Below the pieces are notes generated by a model, which saw only the letters and a program-made list of their open reading frames with translations, did not search any database and was not told the origin of the DNA. A program made the translations under genes and the position numbers. A stretch of DNA of 32,000 nucleotides. Source: Raphidiopsis brookii D9. Lineage in GTDB: Bacteria > Cyanobacteriota > Cyanobacteriia > Cyanobacteriales > Nostocaceae. The DNA lies in NCBI GenBank assembly GCA_000175855.1, contig ACYB01000038.1, positions 30,001 through 62,000 on the forward strand. The letters run 5' to 3'. The stretch's first letter is position 1, and each line of letters starts with the position of its first letter. Below, piece by piece: positions 20,107 through 29,012 of the stretch.

Positions 20107-21654
20107 CTAACTGCGAATGACGGTAATAGTGCGTCCCCTTGGACTAATAGCTTCCTCCTTACTAATTCTCTCTCCCATAGGTGGTAATCCGGGACGGTGA
20201 TCAAAAATCACTAACCAACCTGTATCTAACCCTAACCCATCCAGGTATTTATCTAGTTGGGTTAAACCCTTAGTTAGGGGATCTAACTTTTCCCTCCGCA
20301 CCTTTAATTCTATGCCCATCATTACTTTGCCATAGCGTAAACAAATATCCATCCTCCCAGAACCAATGGCATATTCCCGCTCTAAAGTGCCACCACCATT
20401 CACTACTCGATGTAAAAATGCCATTAACACTAAATGGGGAGCAATCTCATGATAGGGCGCACTTCTGAGTAGTGGTTCCCCATGTTGTCGCCAAAATTCT
20501 AGGAAAGCATTTAAGAGTTTGTCAGGATTTAAAGTATTGTCAGTATTTAACCAAGTGGGTTGAATTTGCGGTAGACTATCCTGACTACCCTGGGACAAAA
20601 CACGAGGAATCACTTCCTGGTAAATGGGATTGGCAATGGTCAGTCCACCCAAAGGACTTCGCTTTACCAAGCCTAAATCTAACAAGAAACGGCGATCATC
20701 CTCCGGGGTGTCCGGTAAGTCGGATCCAGACAACATGGGTTGAATAATAGCCTTGACCCGATCTTCCCGCAATCTTTCTGCTAAGCTATCTAAATGAGTA
20801 TCCTGGCGCTGAATCAGAATTTCTTTGGCTTGGTTAATGACTTCAGCAGTAATGGGTTGGGTTACATCTTTAACTAAAACTTGGGTAGCTTGACGAGCTA
20901 GGGCGTTTACTAACCAAGGTTGTCCGTCAGTTAAATAATATGCGCGTTGAATTGCTTCTGTGGCAAAAACTTGTCCCGTAGCTTGTGTATGTTGTAAGTA
21001 AAGTTCTTCTACTTCGGGTAAAGTAAAATTACTTAAAGTTAAGGATTCGGCCTTGATATTAAAGGGACTGGAGGTATTGAATCTTTCACTTCCACCAGAC
21101 TTAACTTTATAGTCCCGCACATCCCGCATACCAATTAACCCCACGGAATGGGGAAAGCTATGGGGACGACGATTATAACCTGAGCGTAATTGTCTGAGAA
21201 CAGAAATTAACGTTTCATCTGCTAAAGCATGAATTTCGTCCAGGAAAACCACTAGGGGACGGGTAGCAACCTTAGCCCAACTGGCTAATGCAGCTCCAAT
21301 TTGCCGTCCGGGTTGAGATGGTGGCCAACGAGGTGGGTGGAGATTAGTTGGTAGGTAAACACAAGCGGATTCTTGCCATTCATCCAAAATTGCACGTTCA
21401 GCCATACCCGGATCCTGGGAAAAGGGTGCCCCTACTTCTAAAGAAAGCATGATAGCAGTATATTCCCCACTATCAGTCAATTCTTGAGCTAGGGCTATCA
21501 TAGCTGTGGTTTTACCTACTTGTCGCGGTGCATGAATGATAAAGTAATTGCGACCATGAATTAGCGCTTTCAAATCCGGTAGGCGAGCAGTGGGGGAGAG
21601 CATATAGTGGATATCAGATTGGCAAGGTCCAGCAGTGTTAAAGTGTTTAGGCAT
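20107..21654 (-). CDS. AAA-like ATPase with C-terminal PD-(D/E)XK nuclease-like domain
   Basis: Walker A-like HAPRQVGKTTAM, Walker B VVFLDEIH, C-terminal ...YAIGSGRMDICLRYGKVMMGIELKVRRE (D...ExK). Confidence 0.78.
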   Translation of the reverse strand: MPKHFNTAGPCQSDIHYMLSPTARLPDLKALIHGRNYFIIHAPRQVGKTTAMIALAQELTDSGEYTAIMLSLEVGAPFSQDPGMAERAILDEWQESACVYLPTNLHPPRWPPSQPGRQIGAALASWAKVATRPLVVFLDEIHALADETLISVLRQLRSGYNRRPHSFPHSVGLIGMRDVRDYKVKSGGSERFNTSSPFNIKAESLTLSNFTLPEVEELYLQHTQATGQVFATEAIQRAYYLTDGQPWLVNALARQATQVLVKDVTQPITAEVINQAKEILIQRQDTHLDSLAERLREDRVKAIIQPMLSGSDLPDTPEDDRRFLLDLGLVKRSPLGGLTIANPIYQEVIPRVLSQGSQDSLPQIQPTWLNTDNTLNPDKLLNAFLEFWRQHGEPLLRSAPYHEIAPHLVLMAFLHRVVNGGGTLEREYAIGSGRMDICLRYGKVMMGIELKVRREKLDPLTKGLTQLDKYLDGLGLDTGWLVIFDHRPGLPPMGERISKEEAISPRGRTITVIRS

Positions 21655-21926
21655 GGTGGAGTTTCTAAAAAAATAACTTTATCGATTTTATCGTAGGTTG
21701 ATTTTTACCGCCAGTGTATATGCGGGTTTAATCTAAACAATCACGGTTAATTCCCTAAGGTCGATCTCCCATGGCGAATGGTTCGCAAGCGCATTTCCCC
21801 TTTGCTATGCAGAATCCCATTTTTAAAAACTCACATGTACCCTCCCATACCCGGAAACCCCTTTCAACTAATCCATCATTGATTCCCAAGGTCGTGTAAT
21901 CGGAACCTGTGCGGATGTAACTAATA

Positions 21927-22039
21927 GAGCAATCATGTTGTCGCGTCTGGCTAAGGCGTGCAAGTGTATTGAGGGATAACCGCTAGCTCCCGTTGAAGTA
22001 AAAAGTAAAGTCTAGTTTTGTCTAGGTTTTATATAGCAG
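21927..22039 (+). repeat. Dispersed ~115-bp repeat, copy A
   Basis: GAGCAATCATGTTGTCGCGTCTGGCTAAGGCGTGCAAG...GTCTAGTTTTGTCTAGGTTTTATATAGCAG; about 90% identical to the reverse complement of 27137-27253. Confidence 0.93.
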
Positions 22040-22159
22040 CTTTTTCATGGTGTGCAGGAGGTGGTGCTATTGGTGAACTGAAAATCTTTTCTCTCTTGAT
22101 AATGCGCCAAAGAATATGCCATAACGGAAACGAGAATACTAGCAAGTGGCTGTCTATAC

Positions 22160-22624
22160 ATGAAAAATCCTCAAATCCATTTTAGCGATCGCCTGACAGA
22201 AATTGATATATATCAACTTCAATATTTACTTGATTATACTGCTTTTTGGGCTAAAGGGCGTAGTATAGAGGATTTGAGTACAGCTATTGCTAATAGTAAA
22301 CCGGTAATTTCTGTTTGGGAAGGAGAAAAATTAATTGGTTTTGCTAGAGCGAATTCTGATGGTATATATCGCGCTACCATTTGGGATGTGGTAATTCACC
22401 CAGATTATCAAGGAAGAGGTTTGGGAATGAGGTTAGTGAGGAGGATGTTATCTCACCCTCTAATGCAGGTAGAGCGTGTTTATTTAATGACTACTCATCA
22501 ACAAAAGTTTTATGAGAAAATTGGGTTTCAACATAATAATAGCACTACCATGGTACTACATAATAATTCTCAATTAGGTTCTATTGAGTCAGAAGTGCAA
22601 CTTCAGGAATTGAAGTACTTGTGA
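22160..22624 (+). CDS. GNAT family N-acetyltransferase
   Basis: ATIWDVVIHPDYQGRGLGMRLVRRML and VYLMTTHQQKFYEKIGF. Confidence 0.92.
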   Translation: MKNPQIHFSDRLTEIDIYQLQYLLDYTAFWAKGRSIEDLSTAIANSKPVISVWEGEKLIGFARANSDGIYRATIWDVVIHPDYQGRGLGMRLVRRMLSHPLMQVERVYLMTTHQQKFYEKIGFQHNNSTTMVLHNNSQLGSIESEVQLQELKYL

Positions 22625-23600
22625 TTTGAGGTAGGGTAATTTGCAATCGGGTGAAATTCGTCGTCTCATTATTGATGGGAGGACAATCAGGTTCAACAAT
22701 TTCTAGTTTTCCTCCCATCATTTCCAGTAATCTTTGATTGATTAATAATTTCATTCCTGGTGAGATATCTCTAATTTCTGAATCATGGTTATCAGTTATG
22801 TGTAAACAGGTATCTAACCTTTCATGGGAAATTACTGTATTGCTAGGAAGATCCAGATAAATATCAAGATGGTTATGGATATCAGTAGTAATATTGCCAT
22901 CGGGGGATTTGATAAAAAGACAAATATATCCCGATTCCATCCTGCTAATTGTGTTATCTATCAAGCTCACCAGGATTTGCCGTAACCAACGTTTATCTAC
23001 TAACACATAAATTTCCGATGGGGGTAAACAGATTTGCAAAGGGAAATTGCGATTAGCGGCTAACATATAAGTCAGTTCTTCAACCTCTCTAAAAACCTCC
23101 CTTATGCCCACTGATTCAATGACCAACTGATTAGTTCCATGTTCTATTCTCGCAATATTTACCATTTCATCAATGATTTTTAAAAACTGTAGCGACCTTT
23201 CGTATGCTTGATTAATAAATTCTCTTTCTTCCTGGGGATTTTCACATAAGTCATGTAAAATTAATTGGTGAAGTCCGATTAATCCATTAATAGGCGATCG
23301 CAATTCATGGCTAATCCGGGACAAAAACCCCGCATGAAATTGGCTCATTTCTCTGGCCATTTCATAAGCCAATTCTGTTTGGTGTAGCTGCTGTAAAATT
23401 TGTGTTTGTGATCTTTCCCAAGTATTTTCATCCGGATTGGATAATAATTTACTCACAAGCAATTTATCAATGGCAATTCCTAGTAAAATTCCGATGGCTA
23501 AATATAAAAAGTTAGTAAAATTCATGGGTTTTCCATAATCAAAATTAAAGATATAGCACCCAACCTCACCTTTAACTATTAGCCCAACAACCTTAACCAA
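22581..23600 (-). CDS. Membrane-anchored sensor histidine kinase
   Basis: TM segment, then FHAGFLSRISHELRSPINGLIGLHQ (H-box) and a HATPase-type region (VDKRWLRQILVSLIDNTI...GMKLLINQRLLEMMGGKLEI). N-terminus likely at MNFTNFLY or MKPMNFTN, so the track start may be too long. Confidence 0.85.
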   Translation of the reverse strand: MVKVVGLIVKGEVGCYIFNFDYGKPMNFTNFLYLAIGILLGIAIDKLLVSKLLSNPDENTWERSQTQILQQLHQTELAYEMAREMSQFHAGFLSRISHELRSPINGLIGLHQLILHDLCENPQEEREFINQAYERSLQFLKIIDEMVNIARIEHGTNQLVIESVGIREVFREVEELTYMLAANRNFPLQICLPPSEIYVLVDKRWLRQILVSLIDNTISRMESGYICLFIKSPDGNITTDIHNHLDIYLDLPSNTVISHERLDTCLHITDNHDSEIRDISPGMKLLINQRLLEMMGGKLEIVEPDCPPINNETTNFTRLQITLPQITSTSIPEVALLTQ

Positions 23601-24165
23601 TTATAATACTACCTTGACGAAGAATTTGCCAATGATTTTCTGTCCATTTGGCTACGGTAGATGGAACACCTAAACCTTTATATTCTATCAATTCTTCAGT
23701 CAGAACATCTGGAAATTCTACAGCTATTTCAGCTTGTGTTTCCAAAGGGGGTTTTCCTGATAAATTAACACTCGTGGTTGCCATAGGTCCGGTTTGTGCC
23801 AAAATTGCCCGAGCTATAGGATGATTGGGAACTCTAATACCAATAGTGGTAGGATCTTGAGGATTCATTACCCTGGGAACCTTATCACTAGCTGGTAAAA
23901 CTAGAGTCAATGCACCAGGCCAATATCTATTCACCACCTCTTGCCAAATTTCATATTCTTGATCACTACCTTTTACATATTCCCACAAACTTTCTGGTTC
24001 AGCTCCCATTAAAATTAAGGGTTTGTCTAAACTACGCTGTTTAGCAACATATATTAATTCTGCTTTTGTGGGTATGGTAGCCATCCCAGGAACTGTATCT
24101 GTGGGGAAACTAATTATTTTCCCCTCCTTAGCACCACGAACTAGACGATCTAGAGAAATGTTCAT
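23593..24165 (-). CDS. L-threonylcarbamoyladenylate synthase (Sua5/YciO/YrdC family)
   Basis: GKIISFPTDTVPGMATIPTKAELIYVAKQRSLDKPLILM, RYWPGALTLVLPAS, TTIGIRVPNHPIARAIL, GPMATTSVNLSGKPP. Confidence 0.92.
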   Translation of the reverse strand: MNISLDRLVRGAKEGKIISFPTDTVPGMATIPTKAELIYVAKQRSLDKPLILMGAEPESLWEYVKGSDQEYEIWQEVVNRYWPGALTLVLPASDKVPRVMNPQDPTTIGIRVPNHPIARAILAQTGPMATTSVNLSGKPPLETQAEIAVEFPDVLTEELIEYKGLGVPSTVAKWTENHWQILRQGSIIIG

Positions 24166-24191
24166 ACAGTCTTTATTTAAACCACTCTTTA

Positions 24192-25028
24192 TTAACCATC
24201 TATTAATTTAGCTTTAGCTTGTTGCCAAAGCGCCTCTAATTCCGCTAATTTATAATCACTAATTGGACGATCCATAACCTGTTCCATAGTTCTTAAACGT
24301 TGAACAAATCGTAAACTTGTTCCCTCCAAACCTCTAGCAGGATCAAGATTATACCATCTAGCTAGTTGAATAATTGCAAATAATAAATCTCCCAATTCTG
24401 ACTCTTGTCTTTCTAGTGTTTCCTCAGCTAAAGCTTGGTCAAACTCAGCTAATTCTTCGTGAAATTTCCCCCAAACTTCCTTAATATCACTCCATTCAAA
24501 ACCAACTTCAGCAGCTTTTTGAGAAATTTTCATAGCAGCATTTAATGGTGGAAGACTACGACGATAGCGATTTAACTTATCACTGAGTTTTTGGGTTGCT
24601 ATAGTTTGCCCTTTTTCTGCTGCTTTGATTTCATCCCAATTTTGGCGCACTTGCTCTACATTTTCCACTTTCACATCACCAAACACATGGGGATGACGAC
24701 GAATTAGTTTTTGGGCAATACCCTCAGCTACCTCTTTTACGGAAATCCCCTTTTCGCTGGCTATCTGAGCTTGTAATATTACCTGTAATAATAAATCTCC
24801 CAACTCTTCACATATAGCACTCTGTTCTCCTGTACTAATTGCGTCTACTACTTCGTATGCTTCTTCAATTATGTAGGGAGTTAGGCTGCTTGGGGTTTGT
24901 GCCAAATCCCATGGACATCCACCTTCAGGCGATCGCAATTTAGCAACCACATCTATTAACTCTTGTAAAGCCACTAAATGGGAGTTATCAGCTATGTTAT
25001 TTTTGATAAATTTATTCTGTGCTGTCAT
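24192..25028 (-). CDS. mazG: Nucleoside triphosphate pyrophosphohydrolase MazG
   Basis: LRSPEGGCPWDLAQTPSSLTPYIIEEAYEVVDAI, EELGDLLLQVILQAQIA, ESELGDLLFAIIQLARW. Confidence 0.95.
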   Translation of the reverse strand: MTAQNKFIKNNIADNSHLVALQELIDVVAKLRSPEGGCPWDLAQTPSSLTPYIIEEAYEVVDAISTGEQSAICEELGDLLLQVILQAQIASEKGISVKEVAEGIAQKLIRRHPHVFGDVKVENVEQVRQNWDEIKAAEKGQTIATQKLSDKLNRYRRSLPPLNAAMKISQKAAEVGFEWSDIKEVWGKFHEELAEFDQALAEETLERQESELGDLLFAIIQLARWYNLDPARGLEGTSLRFVQRLRTMEQVMDRPISDYKLAELEALWQQAKAKLIDG

Positions 25029-25036
25029 AATTAGTA

Positions 25037-25638
25037 TTACTGTTTTTTATCCGGTTTGGGTTTAGAACTGGGAGAACGACGACTGTGAATCTTACGTTTT
25101 CTAATTTTGCTAGTGGGTAGTAAAGCGTGAACACCTTTTTTTTGAAATCGTTTGTGGGTAGAATTTGTCCAATCACTGAGGTAGTGACTCATCGCACCAA
25201 GTTCACAACCCACAAACCAGGCGAAAAATTCCCTGGCGTATGTAGATATATTTTGTCTCACCTTTGCCCAAATATCACCCCAATTCACAGATATGTTAGA
25301 AAAAATGGCGAGTATTAATAATAATAATCCAGTAGTAGCAGCTATAAATACCATTAAATAGACTACCCGGAGAGTAGTACCAATAATTGGTCCGTGGGAC
25401 AAAAAAGAGCGATGACGCAAACTTTGTTGATAGGGTAACCAAATCCAACGGAACCAACCCCATCGCTGGAACTGACGAGAATAAATATCCAAGTCAGGGC
25501 CAAACATCAAACCACCAAACATAAACCCCCCAGCACCACCAAGGTTATATTACCGCTACCAGTAGCAACCAAAGTTACACTAGCAACTACGGGAATAGAC
25601 CAGATGGTAATGCGGTCATGTGTTTGTCCAGAAGGCAT
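25037..25638 (-). pseudogene. DUF2227-like putative metal-binding membrane protein, split by one apparent 1-nt frameshift
   Basis: From ATG at 25638 (-): MPSGQTHDRITIWSIPVVASVTLVATGSGNITLVVLGG, then a shift at the G6 tract (+ strand CCCCCC 25526-25531) into ORF 25037..25522 (MFGGLMFGPDLDIYSRQFQRWGWFRWIWLPYQQSLRHRSFLSHG). Restoring one G gives ...VVLGGFMFGGLMFGPDLD. Confidence 0.82.
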
Positions 25639-25799
25639 TGGAGAAAACTAACACCTCAAAATTCAAAACTTAACAACTAATACCTGCTCAGTATAGCGAA
25701 TACCCTGCCATTAGGAAAGTCCCAAAATTAAAAAAATTTTCTCTAAACCCCTTGCCAAATTTTGAAAGCTTGTGTTATGTTAGTAAGGTGAAAAAACAA

Positions 25800-25872
<73 letters not shown>

Positions 25873-25894
25873 TTTAAAAGAACAACTAGTACGT

Positions 25895-25929
25895 GCAGGA
25901 GTGCCCGGTATTTCACCAGGCACTCCTGC
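25895..25929 (+). repeat. Perfect inverted repeat downstream of tRNA-Val (possible bidirectional terminator/processing hairpin)
   Basis: GCAGGAGTGCC (25895-25905) / GGCACTCCTGC (25919-25929), 13-nt loop, no adjacent T-run on the + strand. Confidence 0.6.
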
Positions 25930-25962
25930 GTCCTAAAAAAACTAAATCAAGATAGTGAAACA

Positions 25963-26466
25963 TTAATTGCCTGTTGGTGGTGGTTCTGATCCGGGTTCTT
26001 GTAATTTTTGTAGCTTCATTTCTGCTTCACTAACTTGCTTTTGTAGCAACTGTAGTTTTGCTTCAGCAATTTTTCTTTGTACTTCTAACAACTCAGTTTC
26101 TTTGTTAATCCTATTCATTCTTACCGTGTGAGAATATGTTCTTCCTGGCTGAAAAATTAAGCCTAAATAAACGGTCACATTACGGGAATCTAGAGTATTT
26201 ACACCCATTGATAAATTGAGACCAAAGTCGTTTTCTGTGTTGACTGGGGTATTAATACTATTATCTAAAGGGTAGATATTCGGCACAGTAAATTCATTAA
26301 AGTTCTGATTGGGTGAATTAAAAACATTGTTAGCATCTCCATTATTAACTGTATTAGAACTAGCACTTTGTCTAGACTGTGCTAAAACAGGATTAACTCG
26401 CAAATTTTCAGCAATGAATATTTGCATAACAGTGATAATTAATAAACATGAAATTTTTGGCAACAT
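25963..26466 (-). CDS. Secreted/periplasmic hypothetical protein with C-terminal coiled coil
   Basis: Signal peptide-like N-terminus, Asn-rich segment (NTVNNGDANNVFNSPNQNFNEF), then NLSMGVNTLDSRNVTVYLGLIFQPGRT and a heptad-like KETELLEVQRKIAEAKLQLLQKQVSEAEMKLQKL. Confidence 0.7.
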   Translation of the reverse strand: MLPKISCLLIITVMQIFIAENLRVNPVLAQSRQSASSNTVNNGDANNVFNSPNQNFNEFTVPNIYPLDNSINTPVNTENDFGLNLSMGVNTLDSRNVTVYLGLIFQPGRTYSHTVRMNRINKETELLEVQRKIAEAKLQLLQKQVSEAEMKLQKLQEPGSEPPPTGN

Positions 26467-26502
26467 AATTTATTTCCTGATGATTCTTGACAACTACAAA
26501 AC

Positions 26503-27021
26503 TTATTCAACGTAAATAGTCAAAGCCCCCTGGATATGTCCACCACCTGAAACTTCTTGAGTAAGTTCTGTATTAGTTGCAATAAACTCAATTTTAATGT
26601 TAGAATTAGCTGGGTCATAATTACCAATTATCTCAATTGTGTTTTTGCCCTTTTGCAATAGCTTAGAAATAAGTATTTCGGTTTTATTTTCAGTGATTTT
26701 TTGTACAAATTTGTCGTTAACTTGAATATATCCCGTAAGATTAACACCTTCATCAGCAATAATTTTCAGAAAACAGTCTTGCTTTAGTTCATCCATACTT
26801 AAATCAATAATTGTTTCCTGTTTGCTTTCTTTCAACTTTGTCACCCCAACCCCAATATTACCCCTAGTTATATTACCTATAGTTGAATTTGCTTGAGCAG
26901 CATTAAAGTTATAGGATAAAACAGATATGGTAACTGCTAAGACCCAATTAGGAGCCAGGGGGATGATAGCAATGGCCAAAGCGAAATAGGAAATACAGCT
27001 AACTACTTTTTTAACATTCAT
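26503..27021 (-). CDS. Secreted hypothetical protein, probably beta-rich
   Basis: 172 aa, long hydrophobic N-terminus ending ...NFNAAQA, beta-type remainder (GYIQVNDKFVQKITENKTEILISKLLQKGKNTIEIIGNYDPANSNIKIEF). Confidence 0.65.
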   Translation of the reverse strand: MNVKKVVSCISYFALAIAIIPLAPNWVLAVTISVLSYNFNAAQANSTIGNITRGNIGVGVTKLKESKQETIIDLSMDELKQDCFLKIIADEGVNLTGYIQVNDKFVQKITENKTEILISKLLQKGKNTIEIIGNYDPANSNIKIEFIATNTELTQEVSGGGHIQGALTIYVE

Positions 27022-27136
27022 GATTTCCTTATTCCCAGGAGTAAAATCAGGGGATTGCGCTTGTTTGTCGGTAAACTGGAATTTATTTAGTTTATTGACC
27101 CGAGTATGAAGGTTATGAACCGTGTAGAATGCCTTA

Positions 27137-27253
27137 CTGCTATATAAAACCTAGACAAAACTAGACTTTACTTTCTACTTCAACAGGAGCATGGGAGCGT
27201 TTATCCCTCAGTAGACTTGGACGCCTTAGCCAGACGCGATAACATGATTGCTC
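27137..27253 (-). repeat. Dispersed ~115-bp repeat, copy B (inverted relative to copy A)
   Basis: Reverse complement reads GAGCAATCATGTTATCGCGTCTGGCTAAGGCGTCCAAGTCTACTGAGGGATAAACGCTCCCATGCTCCTGTTGAAGTAGAAAGTAAAGTCTAGTTTTGTCTAGGTTTTATATAGCAG. Confidence 0.93.
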
Positions 27254-27297
27254 CTTGATGCTAAATAGTGCTAGAACTAGTCACCATTAAAAAACCT

Positions 27298-27672
27298 CTA
27301 AGGATTAAAGTTTTCCGGAGTCTTCACATTCACAGGAACAATTACAGAGTTTCGAACAGTCGGCCCACCCGCTTGATTTCCATTACTTTGACGATCCCTA
27401 ATTTCCTGACGGACTCGTTGATTTTGTCTCACAGGTCCATTGTTATCAGTATTTACTTGCACTGACGTAGAAGAAGAGGTATTCCCCGTACAAGACTGTG
27501 GACCTTGCATTTCTACATTCGATGTTTGTGTCGCTGGATTTCGGGACATATTAGCTTGTATACCAATATGAGACATGACACACTGTGCTAATGCAGGTCT
27601 AGAAAAAAATGTTGCGGGGAATAGACACAAGCAAATGGTTAAACAGCTAAGCGATACAGATTTACATTTCAT
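27298..27672 (-). CDS. Small secreted Asn/Gln/Arg-rich hypothetical protein
   Basis: 124 aa with signal peptide (LSCLTICLCLFPATFFSRPALA) and a low-complexity polar region TSVQVNTDNNGPVRQNQRVRQEIRDRQSNGNQ. Confidence 0.65.
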   Translation of the reverse strand: MKCKSVSLSCLTICLCLFPATFFSRPALAQCVMSHIGIQANMSRNPATQTSNVEMQGPQSCTGNTSSSTSVQVNTDNNGPVRQNQRVRQEIRDRQSNGNQAGGPTVRNSVIVPVNVKTPENFNP

Positions 27673-27760
27673 AAAAACCCCCTCAAGGTTTTAAGTGAGT
27701 GTCCGGGTGCTTGATGAATCTGTGGTCTTTAACCTCAGATTTATTTTTTACCATTGAATA

Positions 27761-28141
27761 CTAACGACAAGACACAGAGGTTTGACTCCTTTTTGTATTA
27801 CTCCCCCTAACAGTGGTTGTTTGTGTTGTCGTTTGACTAACAACAGAGCCTGATTTTCCGCAGTTAGTTCTGATAATTGTTTTTTGGCTTTCTGATAATC
27901 TCGGAATAGGATTGTTAATTCTCCTTGAGCCATTGATATTGTTAGCTCTGGGAGTTCTATTAACAGGTGTTGACTTCCCTGGAAGATTGACATTAGTTTT
28001 GCCAGTGTCTATGTTAACATTTCCTCGAGAGTCTCTATTAATTCTTACACTCCCTGCTCTCATATCTATTTCCTCTGCTTGAGCAACAGGTAGAAATAAA
28101 GTTAATAAAATTAGCAGGGAACAAACCCGGTAAATATACAT
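27761..28141 (-). CDS. Small secreted Asn/Arg/Thr-rich hypothetical protein
   Basis: 126 aa; signal peptide (YRVCSLLILLTLFLPVAQA), then RAGSVRINRDSRGNVNIDTGKTNVNLPG...QTTTQTTTVRG. Confidence 0.65.
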   Translation of the reverse strand: MYIYRVCSLLILLTLFLPVAQAEEIDMRAGSVRINRDSRGNVNIDTGKTNVNLPGKSTPVNRTPRANNINGSRRINNPIPRLSESQKTIIRTNCGKSGSVVSQTTTQTTTVRGSNTKRSQTSVSCR

Positions 28142-28353
28142 TGAGTACCTCCAACAAATGCAAGACGGTTGTCAAGGGTAGCAAACAGTAACTCAGTTCC
28201 AGATGGAGTATAAACTAAGCATCTGTTTGCTGTTTGGTACTAACTATCTGTTATATAAAAGCCCAGACGTAAGCAGATTTGAGTACCTCCAGTTTCAACT
28301 GCAACCCATGTCAATCCGACAAATATGGTGCTGAAACTACGGTAAAAAAAGGA

Positions 28354-28722
28354 CTAATTGCCGTTGTTAATATTAATGTTAGTTCTTCTCCTTCGTCCAG
28401 ACTCGTTTACACCTTGGTTGTTTTGTTCAGCTCGGTTAATGGAAGTATTATTATTACCTTGCACATCGGATGTTTGATTAACACGTTGGATTGTAGCATC
28501 ATCACCATCAGTACCTCTACCCCTGCGTACACGTTGGTTATTTTGGCGGGCTTCATTCACTACAGTGTTACCATCCCCAGTAATAACTGTGGTTTGGTCG
28601 CTCTCTTGGGAGACACCCGTATTACCACTCTGAGCATGGGCAGGAATAACTTGTGAAAGACCTAGTGTTAAAAAGCCTGCAGCCAATAAATTGACGATAA
28701 ACCTGTTCATAATCTCCTCCAC
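28354..28722 (-). CDS. Small secreted Asn/Gln-rich protein with curlin-like spacing
   Basis: Signal peptide ending IPAHAQ, then two imperfect units: SDQTTVITGDGNTVVNEARQNNQRV and TSDVQGNNNTSINRAEQNNQGV. Confidence 0.68.
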   Translation of the reverse strand: MEEIMNRFIVNLLAAGFLTLGLSQVIPAHAQSGNTGVSQESDQTTVITGDGNTVVNEARQNNQRVRRGRGTDGDDATIQRVNQTSDVQGNNNTSINRAEQNNQGVNESGRRRRTNININNGN

Positions 28723-29012
28723 TCGAATCTAATCTTCTGCATTCAATTCTACAAAACTAATTCGGAGTCGGCCAAGATAGATTTACATTTCTTTACAATT
28801 TCATTCAGTAGATACGCTTAATATTTGGTTGGTTGATATACGGTTGTTAAACAGTTGTTAAAAATCGCCCATTTCAATAGGATCAAGCAATACCACAGGT
28901 AGTAATATATATTAGCCATATCCATAAATATAATTGTGGGTTCACTATTGGGAGTAGTCATTTATCAGCAAACATAAATATGGGTACCTCAATTGCTAGC
29001 ACTTTAGCTTTG

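Noticed and set aside
20472-20747. 91-aa plus-strand ORF inside the AAA-nuclease gene
   Set aside because: Fully antisense to a strongly supported CDS and has no recognised motif.
25895-25929. Strong rho-independent terminator for tRNA-Val
   Set aside because: The stem is perfect but no T-run follows on the + strand, so only a generic inverted repeat is claimed.
27748-27993. 81-aa minus-strand ORF (MSIFQGSQHLLIELPELT...)
   Set aside because: Overlaps the signal-peptide-bearing 27761-28141 ORF in another frame and lacks a signal peptide; the less likely of the two.
28279-28656. 125-aa plus-strand ORF antisense to the curlin-like gene
   Set aside because: Composition mirrors the antisense of the Asn/Gln-rich repeat gene; no independent coding signal.
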